A stretch of 64,000 nucleotides of DNA from an uncultured Gemmatimonadaceae bacterium (GCA_963829055.1 CAWHHI010000020.1:224001-288000); one strand, 5' to 3'; shown: positions 31,571 through 42,559, counted from the stretch's first letter. Notes: generated by a model not told the origin, from the sequence alone. A program made the numbers and translations.

Positions 31571-32970
31571 ATGCATTTCCTGACCGGCAAGCCTCTTCCT
31601 CGCCGCACGTTCGTCCGGGCATGGGCGCCACGTTCGCGCTGCCGTTCCTCGACGCGATGCTGCCCGATCGGTTCGCGCCGCGAGTCGTCTCGCGCCGGAT
31701 CGCACGCGCTTCGTCGCCATCGAGATGGTGCACGGCGCCGCCGGCTGCAACGAGCTCGGCGCGAAGCTGAACCTCTGGTCGCCGGCCGCAGCCGGGACGG
31801 CAGTTCGACCTCGGCCCGACGGCGCTCAAGTCGCTCGAGCCGTACCGCGAGCACCTGACGATCGTCAGCAACACGGACGTCCGGCAGGCCGAGCCGGTGA
31901 CGCCGAAGGAGATCGGCGGCGACCACTTCCGGTCGAGCGCCGTGTTCCTCACGCAGTCGCATCCGAAGCAGACCGAGGGCTCCGACGTCTACGTCGGGAC
32001 GTCGCTCGATCAGATGTACGCGCAGCGCTTCGGCCAGGAGACGCCGATTCCGTCGATGCAGCTGTGCATCGAGAACGTCGACCAGGCCGGCGGCTGCGCG
32101 TACGGCTACGCCTGCGTCTACACGGACTCGATCAGCTGGGCGTCGCCGACCGAGCCGCTGCCCGTCATTCGCGATCCGCGCGTGGCGTTCGAGAAGCTGT
32201 TCGGCGTCGGCGGCTCGCCCGAGGAGCGCGCGAGCCGTCGTCGAACGCGTCGCAGCATTCTGGACTTCGTCGCCACCGAGATGACGTCGATGAAGCGCGA
32301 CGTTAGGCGCCGAGGACCGCGGCGCGCATGGACCGCTACCTCGAGGACATCCGCGAGGTCGAGCGCCGCATCCAGCGCATCGAAGCGCGCAACGATCGAG
32401 AGCGGCGAGCCGCGCGAGCTTGCCGGCGCGCCGGCTGGCGTGCCCGACTCGTTCGCCGAGCACGTGCAAGCTGATGTTCGACCTGCAGGTGCTCGCGTTC
32501 GCGGCCGACATCACGCGCGTGTTCTCGTTCAAGATGGGCCGCGACGGCTCGAGCCGCGTGTACCCGGAGAGCGGCTCGGACAAGCCGTTCCACCCGGCGT
32601 CGCACCACGGCGGCAACGAGAAGGGCGTGAAGGAGTTCTACCTGATCAACAAGTATCACGTCGCCATGCTGCCGTACTTCCTCGACAAGCTGAAGAGCAT
32701 GCAGGAAGGCGAGAGCAACCTGCTCGACAAGACGCTGATCATGTACGGCTCGCCGATGGGCGACTCGAACCTCCACAACCATCGTCGCTGCCCGCTCATC
32801 CTGCTCGGCGGCGCGAACGGGAAGCTGGCGGGCAACACTGCACATCAAGGCGCCGGACGGCACGCCGATGGCGAACGCGATGCTCACGGTCGATGCACAC
32901 GCTCGGCATGGACGACATGAAGACGTTCGGCGACAGCACCGGCACTGTCCGTAGCCTCCAACGCTTCAGG
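31571..32970 (+). CDS. DUF1552 family protein; heavily frameshifted, 3' end approximate
   Basis: RRTF..ALPFLDAM, GGDHFRSSAVFLT, SLDQ, GYACVYTDSISW, RSILD, FHPASHHG, LLDKTLIMYGSPMGDSNLHNH, FGDSTG. Confidence 0.88.
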
Positions 32971-32971
32971 C

Positions 32972-33021
32972 TGTCATTCCGAGCGATGCGCAGTCGAGCT
33001 CGCAGGAATCGCGATGCCTCG
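32972..33021. repeat. Family B partial (left arm only)
   Basis: TGTCATTCCGAGCG..GCAGTCGAG..AGGAATCGCGAT. Confidence 0.6.
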
Positions 33022-35013
33022 AAGAGGGCTCAGCGATCGTCGGCGCATGATGCTCGCGCTGCTCCTCGGCGCCGCGACGCTGCTGCGTCCGCGACCCCGC
33101 ACTACCGCGCCCGATCGCCGACGCCCCGTCGCCGACGCCGCCATGCGCGGCGACGCGCGCGACGGTCCGCGCGCTGCTCAAGCAGGGCGCCGACGTGAAC
33201 GCCGCGCAGGGCGACGGCATGACCGCGCTGCACTGGGCGGCATCGCACGGCGACGTCGACGCAGGCGCGGATGCTGATCTACGCCGGCGCGCGCGTCGAA
33301 GCCGTCGACGCGCAACGGCAACTACACGCCGCTGCACCTCGCGGCGCAAGGCGGGCAAGTCTGTCGGTGGTGCAAGGCGCTGCTCGACGCTGGCGCGAAC
33401 GTCAACGCGAAGACGATCGTCGGGCGGCGCGACGCCGCTGCATCTCGCCGCCGCGCAGGGGAACGCCGACGTCGATCGAACGCGCTGCTCGACAAGAGCG
33501 CCGAAGGTCGACGCGCGCGAACGGCGCATGGAGCGAGACGCCGCTCATGTGGGCCGCGGCGTACAATCGCGTGGACGCGATGCAAGCGCTGCGTCAAGCA
33601 CGGCGCGAACATCAACGCCGCGTCGAAGGTCGAGGACATGCCGGCGCGCGAGACGCGCGGATCGTGCCGCGCGCGGCGCTTCGCAATCGACGAGTCGCGG
33701 CGCTCAAGGCGGCCGAGCAGCCGCCGCGTCCCGCCGGCGCCGCGCCGAACGCCCCGCGTGATTCATCAGCCGCGCGCGATGGCGCACCGACAGACTCCGC
33801 GGCGGCGCGGGCTTCGCGCACCACGCGGGATTCGACTGCGGGGAAGGCGTCGTACCCGAAGGATTCCGCCGCCATGAAAGGCGCCGCGCAGCCGCTCGTC
33901 ACGAACGGCCGCCCTAGCGCTCCTGGCGCACCCGCCGGCGCGAACCCGCCCGGTGGACGCCCAGCGCAGTCGGACTCGGCGCGCCAGGCGGATCGCGGAG
34001 TCGTCGTACGGCGAGCTCGTCGGCAACAAGGGCGGCCTCACGCCGCTGCTGTTCGCGGTTCGGCAGGGGAACGCCGAAGCCGCGATGGCGCTGCTCGAGG
34101 CGGGCGCGAACGATCAACCAGGTGAGCGCGGGCGATCACACGAGCCCGCTGCTCCTGGCGACGATCAATGGCCACTTCGACCTCGCGAAGACGCTGCTCG
34201 CGCGCGGCGCGAATCCGAAGCTCGCGAGCGACGCGGGCACGACGCCGCTCTACGCGACGATCAACGTGCAGTGGGCCGCGAAGTCGCTGTACCCGCAGCC
34301 GACGGCGCAGACGCAGCAGCAGACGACGTATCTCGAGCTGATGGAGGCGCTGCTCAAGGCGGGCGCCGATCCGAACGCGCGCCTGACGAAGCACCTCTGG
34401 TACATGTCGTACAACTTCGACCTGCTCGGCGTGAACACGACGGGCGCGACGCCGTTCTGGCGCGCGGCGTACGGCACCGACGTGCCGGCGATGAAGCTGC
34501 TCGTGAAGTACGGCGCCGATCCGAAGATCCCGACGATCAAGCCGGCCGGTCGTCAGCGCGGCGACGATGCGCCGGCCGAGGAAGACAGCGCGAGCAAGGC
34601 GGATCCGTCGGGGCTCGCGCCGATTCCGACCGGCGGCCCGGGCGTCTATCCCGATTCACGCCGCGTCAGGCGTCGGCTACGGCGAAGGGTACGCGGCGAA
34701 CTCGCATCAGCACGCGCCGGACGGCTGGCTGCCGTCGGTGAAGTACCTGGTCGAGGAGTTGCGACGCCGACGTGAACGCGCGCGACTTCAACGGCTACAA
34801 CCCGCTGCACCACGCGGCCGCGCGCGGCGACAATCGAGCTCATCGAGTATCTCGTGTCGAAGGGCGCGGACGTCACGGCGGTGAGCCGGAAGGGGCAGAC
34901 GATCGCCGACATGGCGAACGGCCCGGTGCAGCGAATCCCGCCGTTCCTCGAGACGGTCGCGCTGCTCGAGAAGCTCGGGCTCGAAGAACAACCACAAGTG
35001 CAAGTCGTGCTGA
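33014..35013 (+). CDS. Secreted ankyrin-repeat protein ending in NHKCKSC; heavily frameshifted, start approximate
   Basis: DGMTALHWAA, TPLHLAA, TPLMWAA, GGLTPLLFA, GATPFWRAAY, GYNPLHHAA; stop TGA at 35011-35013. Confidence 0.88.
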
Positions 35014-35077
35014 GACGATTGCATGGATGACGCCGACGGCCCCAGATAGCACCTAACGAGAGAACGGCAGAACACTG

Positions 35078-35120
35078 AAACGGCCTCGGGAAGCGCAATG
35101 GCTCCCGAGGCCGCTTTTGT
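35078..35120 (+). terminator. Probable intrinsic terminator
   Basis: 11-bp stem CGGCCTCGGGA / TCCCGAGGCCG followed by CTTTTGT, 65 bp after the ankyrin stop. Confidence 0.7.
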
Positions 35121-35157
35121 CAGGTCCGATCCCAGCAATCCTGTGCAGGACGACCGA

Positions 35158-35412
35158 AACTGCAACTGCAGACAGGATGGCCAGGATTGGCCAGGATTGA
35201 GAAGATGACTGCCTCGGCGTCGGGGAGCGTGTCGCCGGGGCCTAACGAATGAAGGAACACATCTCAGGGCGAGTGGCGTCCCCAGCGGCCGTTCCTCTCA
35301 CACTGGGCTCGTTGCGGGAGGGACCCGAGTGCGACACGGAGCCTCTGTTCAATCCTGTCCATCCTGCCAATCCTGTCCTGCCGTTGCCGTTGCCGTTGCC
35401 GTTACCGTTACC
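35158..35412. repeat. Family D gene-less element 1
   Basis: AACTGC x2, GACAGGATGGCCAGGATTGG..., core GGGGCCTAACGAATGAAGGAACACATCTC, GAGCCTCTGTTCAATCCTGTCCATCCTGCCAATCCTGTC, then a (CCGTTG)n tract. Confidence 0.85.
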
Positions 35413-35419
35413 GGCTGAT

Positions 35420-35665
35420 CTAGTCGTTATGACTCCGCTCGTACTTGAGCTGCTCGTGGGTCTTGTCCTTGGCCTGCGCGGAATCACGCTTCTTCGCCGC
35501 ACCGAGCGCGCGTTCGCGGCTCCCCTCGGAGTTCACTGTCGGCAGTGACAGCAGACGCTCCAGTTCGGCGCTATCGCATGCGGCGCACTTCGGCGTTTCG
35601 CCCGAGCGGACGAGCGTTTCGAACTGATGATTGCAGCTCTTGCAGGTGTACTCGTAGATCGGCAT
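35420..35665 (-). CDS. FmdB family zinc-ribbon protein
   Basis: MPIYEYTCKSCNHQFE..CAAC..LERLLS. Confidence 0.92.
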   Translation of the reverse strand: MPIYEYTCKSCNHQFETLVRSGETPKCAACDSAELERLLSLPTVNSEGSRERALGAAKKRDSAQAKDKTHEQLKYERSHND

Positions 35666-35734
35666 TCGATTCCCTGGTCATCACCTGTTCATAGAATGTC
35701 ACGCGGTCGCGGATATCGCGAGTCCAGTGAGCAG

Positions 35735-36100
35735 CATTCATGCATCGTCGCGCGGGGCCGGTGGGAACTACGATTTGGCGGATGACACGGAAAACGGCCG
35801 GATCCGGCTTTGCATTGACGCTGGCTCTCGCCGGACTCTGAAGATAATGGGAACGGCCGCTCGGGACGCACTGGTGTCCCGAGCGGCCGTTCCCAACAAT
35901 TCCCGGCTCGTTGCGCGAGGAACCGTCCCGAACGCGATCTATCCTGCTTCTTTCGCGTCATCCGCGAAATCGTCGTCCCCCCAAGCCGCGGCGCAATGAG
36001 GCCTGAATGCAAAGCCGTATCCGGTAGTTCCGCAGTACAGATCCGCCCAATCGTAGTCCCCACCGGCCCCGGCGCAAAGCAGCAGGAATGCGAAGCCCAA
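35735..36100. repeat. Family C copy 2
   Basis: Same block order as copy 1. Confidence 0.9.
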
Positions 36101-36139
36101 TCCAGTAGTCGCGCAACGCAACCATACCGAAGAAAGACC

Positions 36140-38821
36140 CTACTCCGATCGCAACACTGCGTTCGGATCCACGCGAACAGCCCGCCGAGCCGGAATCGCA
36201 CTCGCGAGCAACGCGACGATGATCAGCGTCAATGCCACAGCACCGTACACCGTGACGTCCTTCGCCGACTGCGCGTACAACAGCGGCTGCACCCAACGCG
36301 CCGCGAATAGTGCAAGCACGGTTCCCAGGGTCACACCGGCGACGGCGAAGCGGATACCCTGGCCCACGACCAGCCGCGCAATGTCGGGTGCCTGCGCTCC
36401 GAGCGCGACGCGCACGCCGAGCTCCTGCATCCGTTGCGCGACGTTGTACGCCACGACTCCGTACAGCCCGACGGCCGCCACCACCAACGCCAGCCCGCCG
36501 AACGCGACGAACATCGTCGCGCCCACTTGCCACGACCGGCGCTCGCCATCGACGATCGCGCGCATCGGTCGCACCGTCACGTAGGTCTCGCCGGGCATGA
36601 CCGCCTGCAGCGCGCGCCGGACGAGGTCGACGGAGAGCTCCGGGTCATTCCGCATCCGGAGCACGACCGCGTAGCCGGCCGTCGGCCGGAACTGCTCGAT
36701 CGGCACGTAGTAGCGGTAGCGCTGCTCATCCGTGAGACTTTCCTGCGCCGCATTCTCGGCCACACCGACGACGGTGGTACACGGCATTGTGTCGGCGCCG
36801 AATCGGATGCACTTGCCTAACGCGTCCACACCCGGCCAGAGCACGTTCGCCATGCCCTCGCTCACGACGACGATGCGCGGACTTGTCGCGCGGTCATCCT
36901 TCGTGAACCCGCGGCCACGGACGATGCGCGTGCCCATGGTCTGGAAGTAGTCGGTCGTCCCCTGCTGATACGTGAACTCGCCGAGTCGACTCGCCGAGTC
37001 GACGCCGGGTACGGAGAAACGCGAAGTCGATGTGGTGTAGAACGGAATGCTGCTCACCCACGCCGCCCGCTCGACGCCGGGAATGGACTGCGAGGCCTCG
37101 AGCAGGCGCTTGCCCAACTGGACCGTCTCGCTGTCGCTCATGTTGGCCCCGCGGAGATTCCGCGTCACCGTCAACAGACGGTCCGCATCGTAGCCCAGGC
37201 GTGCTTCTCTCACGTGCTGCAGGCTTCTCACGAACAGACCGGCGCCAACGAGCAGGAGCATCGACAGCGCACCCTGCGTGATCAGCAACATCGATCGGGC
37301 GCGCGAGCGATGGTACGTCCCCTCACGAGCTCCCATCTTGAGCGTCGTGACGAGATCACCGCGCCTGCTGAACAGGACGGACGCGATGCCAGTGACCAAC
37401 CCCGCCACGAGCGCGACGGAGAGCGCCACCAGCAACGTCCGCGAGTCGGTCACGACATCCCACCGGGACACCTGCTCGATGAACAGCCGTCGGAGAGCAA
37501 CGCCACCCCACTGCGCCACCACGAGCCCCAACACGCACCCGAGCAATGACAGGACGATGCTCTCCGTGAGCGACTGGGCGACGAGCCGCGCACGACTGAC
37601 GCCGAGCGCGACCCGGAGCGCGACTTCGCGCCGCCGACGAAGCGCACGCGCGAGAAGCAGATTCGCCACGTTTGCGCACGCGATCAGCAGCACGATGGCC
37701 GCCACACCGGTCACCCAGAGCAAGGTTCGCGACTCGAGTCCGGGGTCGGGCCCCGCGGCTTCACGCAACGCAGACGCGACGGCTCGGGGACGAGCCTCCT
37801 CGGCCGGCGGAAGCGATGGGCGTCCCGCACGCTCGACGTTCCAGCTGCGCGCGTGCGCCGTCGTGAGGTCGGCGTTCGCCGCGGCCAGGCTGACGTCAGG
37901 CTTGCGGCGCACCATCATCTGCATCCAGCCCCACGAGTAGTCGAGGTAGTACTCCTTGGCGCCGGGTCCCAGCTGCGTGCCCGCATACGTGGTGATGGGA
38001 ATGTAGACCGCCGGCGATGCGCCTTCGGACGCACCGCTGAACCCCTCAGGGGCGACGCCGATGATCGTGTACGTCGTGTTGCCGATGCGGATCGTCTCGC
38101 CGAGCACGTTCCGGCGACCGTAGTCCGTCTGCCAGAACGTGTGATCGAGCACGGCGACGGCGGCGCCAATGGGCGTCGAGTCTTCCGCGGCGACGAAAAA
38201 GCGGCCTAACGCGGGCCGTGCATCGAAGAAGCCGAAGAAGCTCGCGCTCACCGCCTCGACCGGGCGCTGGCGTGCGGCCTGGCCGACGCCGATGGCCACC
38301 GCGCCGTCCGCGTACGCCGCGTAGTCCGAGAACGACGTCGTCCAGCGGCGCAGATCCAGGTACCGCGTGTACTCGAACGTGCCGCGCGTGACCTGACGGT
38401 CGCGATCCGTCAGCTGCAGATACACGCGGTGCACGTGGCCAGGATCCCTGAGGTACGGGTGCGGCCGGAACATCAGCCGATCGACGACGCCGAACATCGC
38501 GGCGTTGGCGCCGATCCCGAGGCCGAGCGTGATGATCGCGCTCACTGTGAAGCCCGGCGATCTGCGCAGCCCGCGAAACGCGTAGCGGATGTCCTGCTGC
38601 AGGTGGTCGAGCCACGGAACGGACCATCGCTCTCGCGCTTGCTCCACGACGCGGGTCGAATTCCCCAGTTGCCGGCGCGCTATCAATGCATTGTCCTCGG
38701 CGCTCGCTCCTCGCGCATCACGCTCGAGCTGCGCGCGGTGGAAGCGCAGCTCCTCCTGGAGCTCGGCGTCGAGTCGATCTCGCCGCACCCAGTCGATGAT
38801 TCTGGAGAACCATTCACGCAT
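36140..38821 (-). CDS. ADOP-type duplicated MacB/FtsX ABC permease
   Basis: N-terminal ELQEELRFH prefix, DIRYAFRGLRRSPGF, LLIACANVANL, ELGVRVALGA, PARRAVRVDP. Confidence 0.93.
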   Translation of the reverse strand: MREWFSRIIDWVRRDRLDAELQEELRFHRAQLERDARGASAEDNALIARRQLGNSTRVVEQARERWSVPWLDHLQQDIRYAFRGLRRSPGFTVSAIITLGLGIGANAAMFGVVDRLMFRPHPYLRDPGHVHRVYLQLTDRDRQVTRGTFEYTRYLDLRRWTTSFSDYAAYADGAVAIGVGQAARQRPVEAVSASFFGFFDARPALGRFFVAAEDSTPIGAAVAVLDHTFWQTDYGRRNVLGETIRIGNTTYTIIGVAPEGFSGASEGASPAVYIPITTYAGTQLGPGAKEYYLDYSWGWMQMMVRRKPDVSLAAANADLTTAHARSWNVERAGRPSLPPAEEARPRAVASALREAAGPDPGLESRTLLWVTGVAAIVLLIACANVANLLLARALRRRREVALRVALGVSRARLVAQSLTESIVLSLLGCVLGLVVAQWGGVALRRLFIEQVSRWDVVTDSRTLLVALSVALVAGLVTGIASVLFSRRGDLVTTLKMGAREGTYHRSRARSMLLITQGALSMLLLVGAGLFVRSLQHVREARLGYDADRLLTVTRNLRGANMSDSETVQLGKRLLEASQSIPGVERAAWVSSIPFYTTSTSRFSVPGVDSASRLGEFTYQQGTTDYFQTMGTRIVRGRGFTKDDRATSPRIVVVSEGMANVLWPGVDALGKCIRFGADTMPCTTVVGVAENAAQESLTDEQRYRYYVPIEQFRPTAGYAVVLRMRNDPELSVDLVRRALQAVMPGETYVTVRPMRAIVDGERRSWQVGATMFVAFGGLALVVAAVGLYGVVAYNVAQRMQELGVRVALGAQAPDIARLVVGQGIRFAVAGVTLGTVLALFAARWVQPLLYAQSAKDVTVYGAVALTLIIVALLASAIPARRAVRVDPNAVLRSE

Positions 38822-38869
38822 CGCGGCGTCCTCTGGATGATGAGTCTCGCGGATACCCCATCGGCGCGC

Positions 38870-39205
38870 TCACGCCGGCCTCATGACACGGGCGATGGCG
38901 TCGAGCAGATCAGCGAAGCTCGATTCCTGCTCGCCGAGCTGGCGTCGTCCGAGCGTCGTGATGGTGTAGTACCGGGCGCGCTGGTTGTTAGGCGTCTGGC
39001 CCCACTCCGCCTTGATCCATCCCTTCTGACGCATGCGCTGCAAGGCCGGGTACAAGGACCCTTCCTCTACGCGCAGAACGTCACGCGAGAGACGCTGGAT
39101 GTGCTGCGCGATCCCGTAACCGTGCATCGGCTGAACGGTCAGTGATCCGAGGATGAGCATGTCGAGCGTGCCCGGGAGCAGATCGCGTTTTCCTGCAGGA
39201 GCCAT
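38870..39205 (-). CDS. PadR family transcriptional regulator (acidobacterial type)
   Basis: LLPGTLDMLIL..MHGYGIAQHI..VEEGSLYPALQRM..RARYYTIT..GRRQL. Confidence 0.95.
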   Translation of the reverse strand: MAPAGKRDLLPGTLDMLILGSLTVQPMHGYGIAQHIQRLSRDVLRVEEGSLYPALQRMRQKGWIKAEWGQTPNNQRARYYTITTLGRRQLGEQESSFADLLDAIARVMRPA

Positions 39206-39210
39206 GTGTG

Positions 39211-39229
39211 CCAGTAGAGAGTCTAGGGG
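39211..39229. promoter_or_regulatory. Candidate PadR autoregulatory site
   Basis: Imperfect palindrome CCAGTAGA-GAG-TCTAGGGG a few bp upstream of the PadR start. Confidence 0.4.
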
Positions 39230-39274
39230 ATAGATGTACTATGTCCTTTGCAGTGGAGCGATGCAAGCCTCGTC

Positions 39275-39852
39275 GCGCATTCCTGGTTCATCGCGCCGGG
39301 GCCGGTGGGGACTGCGATTGGGCGGATCTGATGCCTGCGGAAACCCCCGGATACGACTTTGCATTCACGCATCATCGCGCCGCGGTCGGTGTTAACTACG
39401 ATTTCGCGGATGACACGGAAAACGGCCGGATACAGCTTTGCACCGACGCTGGCTCTCGCCGGACTCTGAAATAATGGGAACGGCCGCTCGGGACGCAGGC
39501 GTCTCCCGAGCGGCCGTTCCCAAAGAATCCCGGCTCGTTGCGCGAGGGGCCGTCCCGAACGCGATCGATCCTGCTTCTTCCGCGTCATCCGCGAAATCGC
39601 CGTTCCCCAGGCCGCGGCGCGATGATCCGTGAATGCAGAGCCGGCCTGTCATTCCGAGCGCAGTCGAGGAATCGCGATCGTCCCGATAGAGGGGCCACCT
39701 CTGCCAGTACCGCTCACGATTCCTCGACTGCGGCCTGACGGCCTCGCTCGGAATGACAGCCGCGCTCGGAATGACACCTATCCGGCAGTTTTGCAGTTCA
39801 TCCGCCCAATCGCAGTTCCCACCGGCCCAGGCGCGATGAACCAGGAATGCAG
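39275..39852. repeat. Family C copy 3, with an extra left module and a nested family B element
   Basis: Ends GCATTCCTGGTTCATCGCGCC / GGCGCGATGAACCAGGAATGC form a 21-bp perfect inverted repeat. Confidence 0.9.
39647..39776. repeat. Family B copy 7, nested in family C copy 3
   Basis: TGTCATTCCGAGCG...CGCTCGGAATGACA (x2), splitting a conserved family C block. Confidence 0.9.
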
Positions 39853-39863
39853 CCGCGCGGATC

Positions 39864-41581
39864 CTATCGCTTTGCCTCGTCTCGCCAGCGCTCGAGCGCG
39901 GCAACACGGGCTTCGAGCGAACCGACGCGATCCGCCTGAGCACCCGGCTTCCCCCCGGGAGGCGTCGGCACGCCATTTCCCGAACCGGACGGAGCATGCA
40001 CCGCCGCGTGTGTCGCGCTCGGAATCGCCCTACTCGGAATCGCTTGTCACTCGGGATCGTCGTGCCTAACGGGCGCTTCGCCACACCCCGTGCCGAGAAC
40101 CACAGAAACGCGCGGCCGAGCGGGCCAAGCCAGACCACCCGGAAGAGCCGCTCACCGATCGGCATGCGGAACGGACTGCGCACGAGCAGGAGAAGGCTTA
40201 TTCCGAGCAGGCTGAGGCCAGAACCCGCCATCAGAAGGTTCCGTAACGTCGACGGCACCGACTCGGCTGGCGGCGTCTCGTTGATCGCGACCTGCGCCTG
40301 GTTCGTCAGCGTCCACTGGAGGTGGAGCGAGAACTGAATGAGCAGCAGGGCGACGGGCAGCTGCAGCAAGGCAATGATCAGTGTCTTTCGTCGCCGGCGC
40401 CGCGTATCCGGATCCATGCGCAGTTGCTGACGCATGCTCTCGCGCTCATCGACCGTCGCGCGCATGCCAGTCACCACATCCTCTGTCCGGAACCCGAGGA
40501 CCGCGAGCCGGCGCGCGGCCGAGGAAGCCAACAGCGCACGGGTGAAGCCGATGGAACCAAGGAAGATCCCCGGTATCGCCGCCCATGCCGCGCCGACCTT
40601 GCTGCTGAACGTCTGCAGCATCAGCCAGCTCATGATCGTCAGGAAGACGAGCACCAGGCCGAGCGTCCCCGCCTCCTGCGCGAACAGTCTGATGGGCAGC
40701 GGAATCTCCGGAGCGGCGAGCTGGGCCTCGTCGATTGCCTCGACCAGCGCTTCCGCCGTAGCGAAGCGGGCGGCTGGCTCTTTTGCCACACAGCGGTCGA
40801 TGGCTACCCCGAGCGCCTCGGGAAGATCGGCGCGCAGTGACGTCGCGGGCGGCGGTGTCTCGGTCAGCTGCTTGACGAGAATCTGCTGCGTGCTGTCACC
40901 CGTGATGACCGACTGTCCCGTCAGCGCGAACAGCGCCACCAGGCCTAACGAGTACAGATCGCTCCGGCCATCGACCACGTCTCCGGACGCCTGCTCCGGA
41001 CTCATGTACTCCGCCGTGCCGACCACTTCGCCGACGCGCGTCAGGCCTTGCGTGAATCCCTTCGGCTCGACCTTCGTCACGATCGAGCGCGAGATCCCAA
41101 AATCCATGAGCAGGGCGCGGCCCGTCGCGCGCTCGAGCATGATGTTGTCGGGCTTGATGTCGCGGTGCACGACACCGCGGCCATGCGCGTACGCGAGTGC
41201 GTACCCGATATCCTGCAGCAGACGTACGATGCTCCGTACATCCAGCGGGCCCGCGCGCCGCACACGCTCCGCGATGCTCTCGCCTTCGACGTACCCCATC
41301 GCGAACGCGAGGACGCCCTCGCGCTCCTCGACAGCGTGCACCGGCACGATGTTCGGGTGCGAGAACGACGCGGCCGTCCGCGTCTCCCGCAGAAATCGCT
41401 CGCGCAGCGCGGAGTCGCCGGCGAATTCCGCCGGCAGGACCTTGAGCGCGACCTGTCGATCGAGCCGCAGGTCGCGCGCGAGATACACGGCGCCCATGCC
41501 GCCGCGACCCAACTCACGCTCGATGGCATAACGATCACCGAGCTGCTGACGAATATCGGGGACTGCGGTCGGTGCGGTCAT
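39864..41581 (-). CDS. Hanks-type Ser/Thr kinase with C-terminal membrane helices; frameshift near 40000-40030
   Basis: ELGRGGMGAVY, VALK, HRDIKPDN, DFG, GTAEYMSPEQ; shifted frame ends LEARVAALERWRDEAKR with TAG at 39864. Confidence 0.88.
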
Positions 41582-41703
41582 GGCCTGGGGTGAAGAGTCC
41601 TACGAAGACCGCCTCCAAGATGCGGTCCGACGCGGACATCCGCACGCGTCGCAGCCACTCCGGCGACTGTTCCTTGACTTGAAGTGGGGCAATTCACATA
41701 TTC

Positions 41704-41721
41704 GGTAACCAATCGGTTACC
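41704..41721. promoter_or_regulatory. Candidate ArsR operator GGTAACC-N4-GGTTACC
   Basis: Perfect 7-4-7 inverted repeat 12 bp upstream of the ArsR start. Confidence 0.7.
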
Positions 41722-41733
41722 CATCATCGCTCC

Positions 41734-42078
41734 ATGTCCCGAGCCCGCGCCAGCGCCGACGTATTCCACGCCATCGCCGATCCGACACGCCGCGCGATCC
41801 TGGATCGCCTGCGTGGCGGCGGCGTCGCGGTCGCCGAGCTCGCGGCGGGATTCGACATGACTCGGCCCGCGGTCTCGAAGCATCTGCGCGTGCTGCGCGA
41901 CGCACAGCTCGTTCGCGAAGACCGCGAAGGGGGTGACGGACGCCAGCGCGTGTACCGCCTCACGCCCGGCCCGCTCCGCGACCTGTCTCAGTGGGTCGAG
42001 TCATATCGGAGCTTCTGGCCGACAAATCTCCTGAGCCTCAAACGCCACCTCGAAGGTAGGAAGGACTCCTCTCGATGA
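41734..42078 (+). CDS. ArsR/SmtB family regulator
   Basis: DVFHAIADPTRRAILDRL..MTRPAVSKHLRVL..GRQRVYRL. Confidence 0.95.
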   Translation: MSRARASADVFHAIADPTRRAILDRLRGGGVAVAELAAGFDMTRPAVSKHLRVLRDAQLVREDREGGDGRQRVYRLTPGPLRDLSQWVESYRSFWPTNLLSLKRHLEGRKDSSR

Positions 42079-42518
42079 AGCTCGCCACGCTCATTGCGGC
42101 CGCCGCTACGGTGACTCTCGCGGCGCCACTTTCACTCGTCGCGCAGCAGGCGACAGCCACACAATCGACGCCGTCCGCGCCCCCGGGATTCGAGATCCCG
42201 AAGGACATGACGACGTACTATGTCGCGCTGTACGTGCGCGGGCCGAAGTTCATGGCGAACGACTCGCCGGACCATCAGGCGCTCACGCGGCGGCATCTCT
42301 CGTACATCCGCCGCATGATCGAGGAGAAGAAGTACGTGTTCGCCGGCCCGCTGCTCGATGAAGGAGACAAGCAGGGGTTGGCAATCGTCTCCGCCGCGAG
42401 CGCCGAGGAAGCGAAGCGTATCGCCGAGAGTGACCCGGCGATCGCAGCGGGGCACATGGCCATCGAGCTGCACCCCGCGATGCTCCCGTCGCTGAAATCC
42501 GTCGCGGTCAAGTACTGA
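42075..42518 (+). CDS. Secreted YciI-like protein
   Basis: Signal peptide; HLSYI..FAGPLLD..AEEAKRIAESDPAI; ATGA overlap with ArsR. Confidence 0.82.
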   Translation: MKLATLIAAAATVTLAAPLSLVAQQATATQSTPSAPPGFEIPKDMTTYYVALYVRGPKFMANDSPDHQALTRRHLSYIRRMIEEKKYVFAGPLLDEGDKQGLAIVSAASAEEAKRIAESDPAIAAGHMAIELHPAMLPSLKSVAVKY

Positions 42519-42559
42519 GCGGCCGTCGCGCGGGACCTAACGACAAACAACGGAACGAG

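Noticed and set aside
39392..39863. Kinase C-terminal extension shown in the ORF track
   Set aside because: Frameshift read-through into family C and B repeats; a plausible end exists at 39864.
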